Notes under the pieces: generated by a model
Database searches by the model: none
Seen by the model: only the letters and a program-made list of their open reading frames with translations
What the model was told of the DNA's origin: nothing
Assembly: GCA_946965045.2 (NCBI GenBank)
Contig: OX337236.1
Location: 1,922,001-1,986,000 of the forward strand
DNA from: Epithemia pelagica
Taxonomy: Eukaryota; Protista; Bacillariophyta
Direction: 5' to 3'
Length of the DNA stretch: 64,000 nt
Made by a program: the position numbers and the translations under genes
In this document: positions 21,941-32,519 of the stretch, piece by piece
Layout: each line of letters opens with the position of its first letter
How positions within the stretch are numbered: position 1 is the stretch's first letter

Positions 21941-24310
21941 ATGCTTTCGAATGTGGGACGATTGTTGAGCCGTCGAACGGCGGCCACCTTTTCTTCGGCA
22001 ACTCGGTCGACGGCCGTTCGTGCCATGTCCACGAATTTGTCCGGCTTTGAGGACTTTGGCAAGACGGTCTTTGCCGGAAGCGTCGCCGACGAGTACTTGA
22101 CCAAGTATGGAGAAAGCAAGGCCTTGTTGGACGACCCGAACTGGGTCAATACGCATTCCGATATCGTTGCCAATGCCGTCTTTGATTGGTAAGTGGCCGT
22201 GAACGCTCTTTCTTGGTTGTGTCAAGGGGCTGTCTTGTTGGGTGATTCCTCCATGCGGTAGCCGTTGTAGAGGATCCATCGATCACGTGTTTCGTCGACC
22301 ATGTCTCGTCTCTGTGGAAGGATTGGAAGGATCTCGTTTACTAACTGATATTTGCTTCTGTGTTTGTCATCTGCATGGAATGAATACAGGGCCATTGACC
22401 AACAAGCTCATGTGTACTGCCATTGGTTCCAGCCCCTCGGTAGTTCGGGTGTCCGTCACGGTCAATCCGGTCAAGTGCACAACATGATGATCAAGTTCAA
22501 TTCTTCCATGGAAGTCGTCCAGGATTTCAAGGGCAAGACCTTGGTCAAGGGAGAAACCGATGGATCTTCCTACCCCAATGGCGGTCTTCGTGGAACCCAC
22601 GAGGCCGGTGGTTACTTGGCCATTGACACGTCGTCGCCCATTTTCATTCGGGGCGATACCATGTTCATCCCCTCCGTCTTTGTCTCCTACTACGGTGCCG
22701 CCCTCGACGAGAAGACTCCCCTCTTGCGTGCCAACGCCGCCATTGACAAGCACGGAACCCGCCTCTTGAACACACTCGGTTTGGATACCAGTTCGGGCAT
22801 TGTCACCAACATTGGATTGGAACAAGAAATCTTTTTGATTCCCCGGGAAGAATTCTACCGTCGTCCCGATTTGCAATTGGTCGGCCGTACCTTGACGGGC
22901 AAGAACGCCCCCCGTGGCCAAGAAATGTGCGACCATTACATGGCCCCCCTCTCCTCCTCCACCGCTGCCTTGGCCTGCATGCAAGAAATTCAAGACGAAT
23001 GCTGGCGCATGGGCATTCCCCTCAAAACGCGTCATCGCGAAGTCGCACCCAATCAATTCGAATTTGCCCCCCTCTATGGAACCAACACGACGCAAATTGA
23101 CCAAAACTTGATGGTCATGCAAATCATTGAAGAAGTTTCGGCCAAGCATGGATTGGCGGCCCTCCTCCAAGAAAAGCCCTTTAATGACATTAACGGATCC
23201 GGCAAGCACAACAACTGGTCCATTGCCACCCGCGATGGCGTCAATCTTTTGGACCCCGATGCCTTGATGGAAGCCACGGGCAACGAAACCGCCTTCCCCG
23301 TGGTCATGGCGGCCGTTGTTGCTGCCGTGGACGAACACGGAGATTTGATGCGCATGGCCATTTCGTCGCCTGGCAATGATTTCCGTTTGGGAGCCTGCGA
23401 AGCCCCGCCCGCCATTATTTCCACCTACCTCGGTCAAGACATGACCAACTATTTGGAAGCCTTTATGAATGGATCCAAGGCCAAGTATCAGCCCGAGCGC
23501 AAGACGTTGGATTTGGGGACCCGCGAAGTCGTTCCCTTCCAAGTGCCCGCCGAAGACCGCAACCGTACCTCCCCCTTCCCCTATGGAGGTGGCCGCTTTG
23601 AATTCCGTGCCGTCGGATCGTCCCAAAATGTGTCGATTGTCAATACCGTCTTGAATGCCATTACAGCCTCCAAGTTTGCCGAATTTGCCGACCGTATCGA
23701 AGCCGGAGAAGATGCGACCGATGTCGCCCGTGAAGCCCTCAAGAAGCACTGGAAGGTCATTTTCAATGGCAACAACTACGACGAAGCCATGCAACAAGAA
23801 CTCACCGACAAGGGTGTCTGGCGTATTGATTCCGGTGTCGAAGCCATTGCCCAACTCACCTCGGACAAGAATGTCGCCTTGTTTGACAGCATGGGTGTCC
23901 TCTCCAAGGAAGAATGCGAAAGTCGCCAAGATATCCTCCATGACCACTACTCTGGATTGGTCGAAATGGAAGCCTTGACCTTGGTTGATATGTTGAACCA
24001 CCACGTCATTCCTTCCGTCAAGGAGGCTGGTGTCGGTCCCTTGGCCGAATTGGAAAGTCAAGTCACGGTCCTCAAGGACGCGGTCGCCGCCATGCACGCT
24101 GCCGACAGTTCCTACGACAAGGCCAAGTTGGCCCGTGTCCTTCGTTTGGAAACCATGGTGGACATGCGAGAAGCCATTGATGCCGCCGAAGCCGTCGTCC
24201 CCGCCGATAAGTGGAGTTTGGCCACCTACAAGGAATTGCTCTTTTTGGACAGTCATACGGCCGTTGGAGAAGGTTCGGAACCCCAGTACTTTGGTGAAGA
24301 GTACCAGTAA
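21941..24310 (+). CDS. GSIII: Glutamine synthetase type III with mitochondrial presequence; one intron at 22189-22389
   Basis: Motifs GETDGSSYPNGGLR, GLEQEIF, THRE-like KTRHREVAPNQFEFAP, NGSGKHNNWS, DRNRTSPF, RFEFRAVGS. The GTAAGT...TACAG intron joins FDW to AIDQQ in frame. N-terminus MLSNVGRLLSRRTAATFSS. Confidence 0.95.
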
Positions 24311-24759
24311 ATGAACGAACGAACGAACGATGGACCAGGAATGTTTTGCCGCCTTTTGATTTGAGAAACACAGAAATTTCAGAGTAACTATTGTTTAGCG
24401 ATTGGAGCCGTTTTTTGTGCGAGTGCTATTTTATGCGTTACCTTTTGTTCAGAGTAGGAGTAGAAGCAAGGTCAACCCAAAGGAACGGGGGACGTTCGAA
24501 CGTTAGACAGATGATTTCTTCTGTCAAACTATGGATACAATATGGTGAAACAAAGGAAAAGACGGATATTTGTACAATCTACCTAATCATGTTCTACGAG
24601 TAACAACGTGAATACTTGGTCGTGTCTGTTCTCGGTTCTCGGTCCCCGTCAATGGAGGAGCAAAACAAAATTGTTTTGGAACACAACTGTTCAAGTAGTT
24701 CCTCGACATGGCTATTTTGTGCCAAAGCTATCCTTGGAGTTCTACCACTCGAATGTTCT

Positions 24760-27195
24760 TCAGGGTGAAATCTTGTCCAAGACTTGAAGGGCCAATTGTC
24801 CACGTGACTCATCAATACCATTGAGACGTACCAATACCGAGTCCCCTTGTTGCAACTCCCACGAATGATCAGCCGGAAGCGTGGCAATGCCAACGGGCAA
24901 CGGTTGGTGGCTCGGACTGTCGTCGTCGTCGTCACTGTTGCTTTCACAAGCCATTGGTTGTACATAGAGCCAGTCGCCTGTATGGGAGAGCGCCTTGACA
25001 ATGCCATTCATTTCTTGCCCTTGCAGGTCCTGGATACGTTTCAAGCCTCCCACTTGCTTTTTGAGACGGGCTAGCTTTTTGTTGGATTCGGTTTCCCGTT
25101 TCACGTCACGTGCTTTTCGTCCCTGTCCTTGTGAACTCAACGTCAAGTGGAGTTGACTGGATTGTTTCGATACCGATTTGACGTATACTTGCAATTCATC
25201 ACCCATGTGCAATCGTTTCGTCCGTCTCTGCCGTTGGTGCTGATGATGACGACCACCACCATGACCAGACGGCGCATCTTCTTGTTTGATGCGTTCTTGT
25301 TTGGAAAGCACCACTGGGCCATCAAAGTCAACATCATTTTCCTCGTCTATTCGTGGCGAATCGTCAACGCTAATCATGTCCTTCATTTCAGCTGCAATCC
25401 CACCTTCTTCTTCATCTTTGAACACGAGTGATCCATCTTCTCCAATCTCAAACAAATGAGTAATGTCTTCCGTTTCTTCCACTTCCTCGTCGTCATCATC
25501 CTCAGTCTCGTCTTCCGTGACAGACAAGACATGTTCCCACAAGGCTTCTTCATCTTTGTCGTCGTCGTCGTCTTGCTCCATTTCCATTTTCGGTTGGTCT
25601 TGTTCTTCGTCGTCGTTTGTGCGAGTATCTTGAAATCGCAACAATCCCAAGACCGGAATCATGTCGTCGTCGTTGTCATTATTGCTGGGAGCCCGACCAA
25701 TGGAACAATCGACCAGTGCTCCTCCCTTGACAAATCCCACCACGGTTCCCGGAATCGGTCCATCCCCCATGTGCAAACTGGCCAGTGGTACCGTCGGGAC
25801 ATGGACATTGCCGGGAAGGGGTGGCAAGGGAGGCGTTTGTTTCGATGTCGTTTTGGGATTGCGACGTCTGGTCGTTGCACTAGTGCTGGGTGCCAATCGT
25901 TCAAAAACACGACGAGGACTGGGTGTCAAGGACAAGGTGAGAAAGGGTGCACCGGCATCGCCGTGAGGATCGTAATCCAAGACAATCGCGGAATACAAGG
26001 TACCGGGTGCGACCGTCGTTTCGACCGATTCACCATCCTTGGGAGTGACCCGCAAGGCGGCCGACAATGGTTGCAATTGATAAAAGTTGGGCGTCGTCGT
26101 CGGGGATGGACCGTCTTTATCTTCCGAAGAGGTGGATGATACAGGCGTCGATGAAATGGTTTTGGCGGCTGGATTCTTGTTGCGTACCAATCCAGTATGC
26201 CACAAGGTATCCTCCGGACCCCGGTCTTTTGGGGCTTCGTCCTGAGCATTGTCGTCGTCATCCTGCTGTTGGGCGTAGGTATCTTGAAATTGCAACACGG
26301 CAGCTTGATTGGCTCGTTTTTGAGCTCGCAATCGTGAGAGAGGTGCCGACATCCAATAGTCACTGGAATCTTCTCCTCCTCCTTCGACTCCATGTGGTTG
26401 TTGGTTTTGTTTGGTCAATATTTGAACACCATAAGATTCTTGAATGTGGGGTGGAAACAAGTCCAACAGGAATTCCGTGGCCGTGTCAAAGCCCAATAAC
26501 GTGGCATGATGATACAAACTCCCCTTGAGATGGGATCGATACCGTTGGGTAATTTCCGCAAACGACAATTGAATGCCACTGGTTTTGGAATTGGTTCGGG
26601 ATTGACCAAACTTTTGCAACAAGTACAAGACATTCCATCGCACCGTACTAATGCGATCGACCGACAAGATACTACAGGGCACCAAGAGGGGCGATCCACT
26701 CCGACGTCGTTTTTTCCATGCCTTGCGGGCCAATTGCACATTGCCCACTTGAATATGCACGACCGTACCCGGTGTCATGGCAGCGTATTGAATGCTGGCG
26801 GAGGATGATGTAGGTGACAGAACCGCCGCCGCCGCCGCCGCATGGGGGAGGGGTGGTTCGTTGCTGTTCTCTGGTTGTGGCGTTTCCACCCCCAGGTCCT
26901 CCTCGTCCAAATCACGCAAAAAGTCATTGTAGGCTTGCGACATGGCCAATTCCATTTCTTCATCGTCCTGGTCTTGGGCGAGGGAACTGTCTTCTTTGGA
27001 GGAAGAGGATGAAGAAAGTTGGGTGGAGGAGTAGGACCTTGTGGAGAGAGCTGGATTGGACGACAAGGACAACGACGACGATGCCTTCTTCGTCGAGACA
27101 GAATGATGAGGACGTAGGGAACGTTCCAGTGGAGCAAGTAGCCAGGCATGCGATGCCCGGAAGAGCAACAAGACAAGGATAGCTGGCTTTTCCAT
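24760..27195 (-). CDS. Plastid-targeted protein with S1-like RNA-binding repeats (811 aa)
   Basis: Signal peptide followed by ASHA|WLLAP. S1-like segments LHMGDGPIPGTVVGFVKGGALVDC, LHMGDELQVYVKSVSKQSSQLHLTL and LQQGDSVLVRLNGIDESRGQLAL. Confidence 0.6.
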   Translation of the reverse strand: MEKPAILVLLLFRASHAWLLAPLERSLRPHHSVSTKKASSSLSLSSNPALSTRSYSSTQLSSSSSSKEDSSLAQDQDDEEMELAMSQAYNDFLRDLDEEDLGVETPQPENSNEPPLPHAAAAAAVLSPTSSSASIQYAAMTPGTVVHIQVGNVQLARKAWKKRRRSGSPLLVPCSILSVDRISTVRWNVLYLLQKFGQSRTNSKTSGIQLSFAEITQRYRSHLKGSLYHHATLLGFDTATEFLLDLFPPHIQESYGVQILTKQNQQPHGVEGGGEDSSDYWMSAPLSRLRAQKRANQAAVLQFQDTYAQQQDDDDNAQDEAPKDRGPEDTLWHTGLVRNKNPAAKTISSTPVSSTSSEDKDGPSPTTTPNFYQLQPLSAALRVTPKDGESVETTVAPGTLYSAIVLDYDPHGDAGAPFLTLSLTPSPRRVFERLAPSTSATTRRRNPKTTSKQTPPLPPLPGNVHVPTVPLASLHMGDGPIPGTVVGFVKGGALVDCSIGRAPSNNDNDDDMIPVLGLLRFQDTRTNDDEEQDQPKMEMEQDDDDDKDEEALWEHVLSVTEDETEDDDDEEVEETEDITHLFEIGEDGSLVFKDEEEGGIAAEMKDMISVDDSPRIDEENDVDFDGPVVLSKQERIKQEDAPSGHGGGRHHQHQRQRRTKRLHMGDELQVYVKSVSKQSSQLHLTLSSQGQGRKARDVKRETESNKKLARLKKQVGGLKRIQDLQGQEMNGIVKALSHTGDWLYVQPMACESNSDDDDDSPSHQPLPVGIATLPADHSWELQQGDSVLVRLNGIDESRGQLALQVLDKISP

Positions 27196-27456
27196 TATAT
27201 CAAGAGATGGACACCAAGGATGAAGTCCTCTTGATATAGAATATACAGAAGTGATGTGGGCTGATGCTGATGGCGAGTGATGGTAGGATTCTGAAAAAAA
27301 CAGGTGGTGGTTCGATGAATGGTCGATGGATCGCGTCGCATTTGAGTCGCGTACGGGAGAGGATCAGACGGCGCGACCAAAGTCGCACAAAAGGTGACGT
27401 CATGGAAGAACGAATGAGTGTGGCACATTAGAGAAGATCGTGAGCTCTTCACGACC

Positions 27457-29820
27457 ATGGCGCGCTCTTTGGTGTTGTTTGGACTGTATTCTCTCTTGCC
27501 GCCACTCGGCAACAGCTTTGTTCCGCCTCGGCACTCGTTCCCATTGGACAGCGATTCGATTGAATTCCAGACAACGTCGTGGTCCAAAACCTCAAGAAAC
27601 ACCGTCCTGTTTCAACAAGCACCACCCACGACGGACCCCGACGAGGATGATTCCTCAGTGTCGTCCTCCTCGTCCTTTTCCAAACCCAACCAAAATGTTC
27701 CCATAAAGCCAAGCACTACCTTACAGGAACAATCCAAATGGCAGTCCTTGACACGCGCCGCCCTCGGTTTGGAGTCCTCCAGTTCACTAACGTCTCTGGA
27801 ATTGTTGGGAACCACAACACTAGTGACAACAACCATCAGCAACAACAATGGCAACGGTCAACTCTGTCTCGTGGTAGGCCAAGAACGATGGACATCATCT
27901 GGTACACCACAGCAACAACAACAACCGGCCTTGATTATTCCCTTGATTCGGGACAGTTACCTTCAACCCCTGGAGGCTGCCGTTCACGGTCAACCAGTCG
28001 TCGGTGGCGAATTTCGCTTGTTGCGTCTCAATGCCAATTTGGTCAATCGGGACAATGGACTCTGGGACAATGTGCCGTGGTCGTCGTGGACCGTGGATAC
28101 TGTCAATCAACGAAACATCGACGGGGCCGGCAATGTCATTGCAGCCCAGTTTCACATGGGCAAACGAGATGCCTACAATGTCATGATGGGCAAGGATTGG
28201 TTCACGTACTACCAACGGTCCACCAGTTCTCGAGCCGTCTCATCCTTGGCACAACAATTGCGAACTGTTGTCTCTGCTTCCAAAACACCAAACGACAACC
28301 ATGACAAGGAGGAAGATACCGACCGCCAGAGTCGTCATGCCTTGGCGATGCGATTGGTGGAATTCCAAATCCGAGAGGTGGAACTGGAAGTGGCCGAATT
28401 GGATTATCAATTGGCCGTGGCACGGGTCCAAACGCCGGATCAAGTGACAGTGCTGGAATTTCAAAAAGAAGAAGTTCTGGTGGGACTCCAAGCCCTTCAA
28501 GACCAATGGAAGGAATTAGTGGAAACCGATCCATCCAATTCGCAGACACCATCTTCCAAAGAAAAAGATGATGACGATCGCGGGTTGATGGAGCGGATTC
28601 TCAAGTTGGTGGATAAGCGTCAACCAGCTCCCTATCGAGGTGCCACGGGCTATGCTCCCTACCAAGGCAAGACTGCCGAACACGAAGGCTCACCGCAAAC
28701 CTTTACCAGTTCATACCAAATGCTCGCAAATATCATGGAAAATCAGCTCAAGGCCCAAGTGATTGGATGTGTCTTGGAAAATACCAGCTTGTTGGATGGG
28801 ACCGTCGTGGTGGGTGGAGCACTCGTCCTGCAACGACAAACGGCACAAAAACAAGTGTCCATCTTGGGACAAGCCTATACGGTCAACGACGAAGAGCAAG
28901 ACTATGGAAATCCAGGCATTACCGGTGGCGAAACCATTGTAGTAGAATGTCAAGCGGATGAAGCCATTGGCATGAGCTTGGTTTGCCCCAACCTTGCATT
29001 GCAGATTGAAACCAACTTGTGGGAAGCCTGGACTGTCATGGCCGAGCCGGGCGAACCGCAAAACAATCGTGATAAAACCAGTTCATCGTCGTCGTCGTCA
29101 GTCTTGGAACAGTGGAGAGTGATGGATACAGAACTGTCCCTGTTGATGGAAGGTCAAGCTCGGAATACATCCGCAACGGAACGAGTGGCACCGATTCGTG
29201 TCCCACGAACTGCCACGTCACTGTACGATACCATGATTGCCCAATTGACACGTTCGGACCAGTCGTCACCTTCTTCCAGTGAGGATGAAACCTTTTCCAC
29301 GGACAATCCCGTGAAAACCTTGTCGCAACTCGATTCCATGACCAATTCCGAAAAGGCACAAACGCTCCTGTCCATGAGCACGTTTCAAGGCCGTTTACCC
29401 CGACCACGGACCATTCGACAAGCGCAGCAAGCAAATTCAAAACAAGATGAGGTGAATAATCCATTGGATGAATTGCTTTTGCCACGGATTGATGAATCGG
29501 TGCGTCGTCAGTACCGCATTCGACAAGCCCAACAAAGGGGAGATACCGACTTGGTTCAAGCCTTGGAACAAGAAAAATCGTCTCGTCAACAGGCTCAAGA
29601 AGCGGCCGACACGGCGCGAGCCTTGGGACAAGACCAAGAAGCAGATCGGTGGCAACAGGAAGCGGAATTGCTCGAAAGTTTGCGAGCCGATGTAACCCAA
29701 GACGAAGGGAGTTATTCGAGATTTTTGGATCGAGATGAATGGTACGAAAGAGAACGCCAAAAAACGGCACGTCGAGCCAACAAAAAGAAATTTGGGACCT
29801 TGTTAGATGGCATTGAGTGA
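27457..29820 (+). CDS. Plastid-targeted protein of unknown function with coiled-coil segments and a possible DUF151/bifunctional-nuclease-like region
   Basis: MARSLVLFGLYSLLPPLGNS|FVP bipartite presequence; long open frame. VECQADEAIGMSL weakly resembles the DUF151 D.RPSDAIALA motif. Confidence 0.55.
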   Translation: MARSLVLFGLYSLLPPLGNSFVPPRHSFPLDSDSIEFQTTSWSKTSRNTVLFQQAPPTTDPDEDDSSVSSSSSFSKPNQNVPIKPSTTLQEQSKWQSLTRAALGLESSSSLTSLELLGTTTLVTTTISNNNGNGQLCLVVGQERWTSSGTPQQQQQPALIIPLIRDSYLQPLEAAVHGQPVVGGEFRLLRLNANLVNRDNGLWDNVPWSSWTVDTVNQRNIDGAGNVIAAQFHMGKRDAYNVMMGKDWFTYYQRSTSSRAVSSLAQQLRTVVSASKTPNDNHDKEEDTDRQSRHALAMRLVEFQIREVELEVAELDYQLAVARVQTPDQVTVLEFQKEEVLVGLQALQDQWKELVETDPSNSQTPSSKEKDDDDRGLMERILKLVDKRQPAPYRGATGYAPYQGKTAEHEGSPQTFTSSYQMLANIMENQLKAQVIGCVLENTSLLDGTVVVGGALVLQRQTAQKQVSILGQAYTVNDEEQDYGNPGITGGETIVVECQADEAIGMSLVCPNLALQIETNLWEAWTVMAEPGEPQNNRDKTSSSSSSSVLEQWRVMDTELSLLMEGQARNTSATERVAPIRVPRTATSLYDTMIAQLTRSDQSSPSSSEDETFSTDNPVKTLSQLDSMTNSEKAQTLLSMSTFQGRLPRPRTIRQAQQANSKQDEVNNPLDELLLPRIDESVRRQYRIRQAQQRGDTDLVQALEQEKSSRQQAQEAADTARALGQDQEADRWQQEAELLESLRADVTQDEGSYSRFLDRDEWYERERQKTARRANKKKFGTLLDGIE

Positions 29821-30093
29821 ATAACTAATACATCCGTATCGATGGGGGTGAAGCAGACCGCATAAGCTCAACACCGAATTACTTTGGTATTTTTGGAGGG
29901 AATGGTGCAAACCTGAAATGGACATGGATCCTTTGACCAAACGTCTCTGTGACGCGGTCGTACGACCTATTGAAGAGTCAATGCATTTAAGCCAGAGACA
30001 AGACAAAGTTGTTCATTCATGATAAGCTCTTCGTTTCGGTTCCATGCTCCCTTTGTATTTTCAGGATGACGTTTTCTAAATTAGACATTACGA

Positions 30094-32130
30094 CTAACCG
30101 CGAACCATTAAGAGCCCTTCATCGTAGAGCGATTGCGTGACGCCCACCTTGTCTTCGATCGTGTCATGAAACAAACTTTCAACACCTATCCAGTGTGGTT
30201 CAGTGGTTTGAAGCAATTGTTCCAAGGCGGGGCCATCGTCTAATTCGAACTCCAAGGGACTCATGGGGTTGCCATGATACTCTCGTGAATTGTCTAAACA
30301 GTGGTAAACGACCGCCTTGTCATCCTCCAACACCAACCGTGCAATTCCTGGACGGACCAAGCGAACCAACATGCCCGGTTCTATCTCGACCGTTCGTGCA
30401 TGACCGGCGCTGGTTGCTTGTACCTCAGCTTTGCTGAGTGCCGGCGGTTGGCACGAGGAGAGAAATTGTTTCGAGATTTGATCGCAGGAAGCGTCCAACA
30501 AATCCATGGCTTCCTTGGCCACGCGCATAATCCGTGCCTTGGCCTGATTCCGAAACTCTTCTTGAAGTTGTTGCATTTTCATTTCGGCTTGGTCCTGCTC
30601 CTGCTCTTCCAGTTTTCCTTTCAAGAGCTCTGGAACATGGCGGTTCGCATACGCGGCTCCCATGTAGTCAAGAAATCGAACTGGCAAGCCCTCCCGCAAG
30701 GCGGTGGATGTTTCGCTGGCCGCTGCCGCTTCAAGTGCTTCGGGAAGGACAATTTCAAGCAGATCCACCCAGGCCCATTGTTGCATTGCAGATACAGTCA
30801 AATGCAGCGAATGTCCATCGTCCTTTTTTCCACCCGGTAAGGTACATGCTTGGTGGATCCATCCTCGTGGCATATATAAAACGTCTCCCGGCGAGAGAAC
30901 AACATCCATGACGGGCTTTACATCAGCCAAATCATCTGGTACATAGTCGGGGCTGCTTTGGCGTGGCAGCGTTTCTCCCTTGTTGAGAGGTCGATAGACT
31001 TTCCATCGTTTCCGTCCCTGCAGTTGGAGACAAAAGGCTTCAATGTCATCGTAGTGGGGAGCAAAGCCTTGTGACGACTCGGGTGGTGTGAGGTAGGCAT
31101 TGGCACCCACCATGCATCCCAACTCCAATTCTATCATGTGCAACAAGGCCTGTACTGGATCACAATTCTTGTGTGGACACAAGAGACGGACAGTACACCC
31201 TTTTTGGTAATGTGTCCACACAAGTTCGGAATCCGCTTCGACAAACCTATCTCCATCTTGGTCACCGGCCTCGTTTGCCTGTGTGGCCACTGATGATGAC
31301 GATGGGATGAGATCCAAGGTAGTTCGACGCATGACTCCATGCTTATCTTTTTCGTATCTTGTAACATTCAAGTCGCGACCATAGTACATGCGGTTGTTGG
31401 CAAGCATGTCTTTAATTTGTTGCAAGGAAAGAAAGCCATCAAAACGGTGTCGGTGTTTGGAAGAACTTTGTTGAATCAATAAGGCTTGCTTTTCCCAGTA
31501 CTCTTCCATAAATTCATGTGTAGTGATTTCAGCAGGTTGAAGAAGAAAGTTCAAACTACAATTGGCTCGTTGTCGGGCCGATAAACCAGTCAACTCTGCC
31601 AAACTGGGATCTGGTTGAACGATTTCCAGGAGAGAGCTGCAACCCGATGGTGGTGTGACTTGTTCGTCTGGAGGCGCTGTCAATTGAGACTTTTTCTTCC
31701 TGGTGTCCACCTTTGCAGACGTTGTCGGTTCCTCATCCTCCTTGTCCATGATCGATTCGTCATCCTCCTCTTCTCCATTGGAATGCGTCATGGCATGGTT
31801 CGTGTTTTTGCTCTTGAAAGCCGAAGCGGAATCAAGGTACTCAGAGTCCTCTCCATCTTCTTCTCTCGGTCTCTTCTTTTCATTGGTATTGTTCATCAAA
31901 GAAACACGCCCTAAGGAAGAGTCATGCTCTGGTTCTTGGCGACTCGGCGAGATATCGTCGTCGCCCTCCTCTAGCTTTTCAACTGCATCTTTGGTGTTTT
32001 TCGGATCAACCTGCAATAATTTTTGCTTTTTCTTGGCTCGCTTTTTTGCGGCTCGAGACACTCCACCCATGGTTACCATGCTGCTGATGCTCGCAAGGGA
32101 GCATTCATCGTGACATGACAAATTCGACAA
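30094..32130 (-). CDS. RIOX1: JmjC/cupin ribosomal oxygenase, NO66/RIOX1-like
   Basis: GANAYLTPPESSQGFAPHYDDIEAFCLQLQGRKRWKVY; LSPGDVLYMPRGWIHQA; SLHLTVS. Confidence 0.88.
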   Translation of the reverse strand: MSNLSCHDECSLASISSMVTMGGVSRAAKKRAKKKQKLLQVDPKNTKDAVEKLEEGDDDISPSRQEPEHDSSLGRVSLMNNTNEKKRPREEDGEDSEYLDSASAFKSKNTNHAMTHSNGEEEDDESIMDKEDEEPTTSAKVDTRKKKSQLTAPPDEQVTPPSGCSSLLEIVQPDPSLAELTGLSARQRANCSLNFLLQPAEITTHEFMEEYWEKQALLIQQSSSKHRHRFDGFLSLQQIKDMLANNRMYYGRDLNVTRYEKDKHGVMRRTTLDLIPSSSSVATQANEAGDQDGDRFVEADSELVWTHYQKGCTVRLLCPHKNCDPVQALLHMIELELGCMVGANAYLTPPESSQGFAPHYDDIEAFCLQLQGRKRWKVYRPLNKGETLPRQSSPDYVPDDLADVKPVMDVVLSPGDVLYMPRGWIHQACTLPGGKKDDGHSLHLTVSAMQQWAWVDLLEIVLPEALEAAAASETSTALREGLPVRFLDYMGAAYANRHVPELLKGKLEEQEQDQAEMKMQQLQEEFRNQAKARIMRVAKEAMDLLDASCDQISKQFLSSCQPPALSKAEVQATSAGHARTVEIEPGMLVRLVRPGIARLVLEDDKAVVYHCLDNSREYHGNPMSPLEFELDDGPALEQLLQTTEPHWIGVESLFHDTIEDKVGVTQSLYDEGLLMVRG

Positions 32131-32519
32131 AGATTCTCAATAGTCTACCTCTGCTAAGGCTTGGGTACAATATCTTTTGGAGGAGGCAAAGAACCTGCGC
32201 GACTGCTCTGATACATCAAATCTATTCCCCAGCTTTCTTCTGAAATAACGCAACCGATGGAGAAAGAGTCGATTCACCACACCGCACAGGGGGGCTTTGA
32301 TCCCCAGCGGGGTGGGTATGTAGGGAGTAATTTCAGTCATAAAGTACAAACTACACCCATTAAATCACCACCTCTGGAGAGTGAGATGTGATGCTGTATT
32401 TCCATTTCCCCCAGCGAGGTAGAATTACGCCCCATAAGACTACACCGCTGGGAAGTGATCCGAATGCAATTGCACACACGCTTCTATTCACTTTTTTCTT
32501 CGTTCTCTTGTGGTCGACC

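Noticed and set aside
22367-24256. 629-aa antisense ORF opposite GSIII
   Set aside because: It is the expected shadow of strong codon bias in a highly expressed gene; it has no recognisable motifs and lies entirely within the GSIII exon region.
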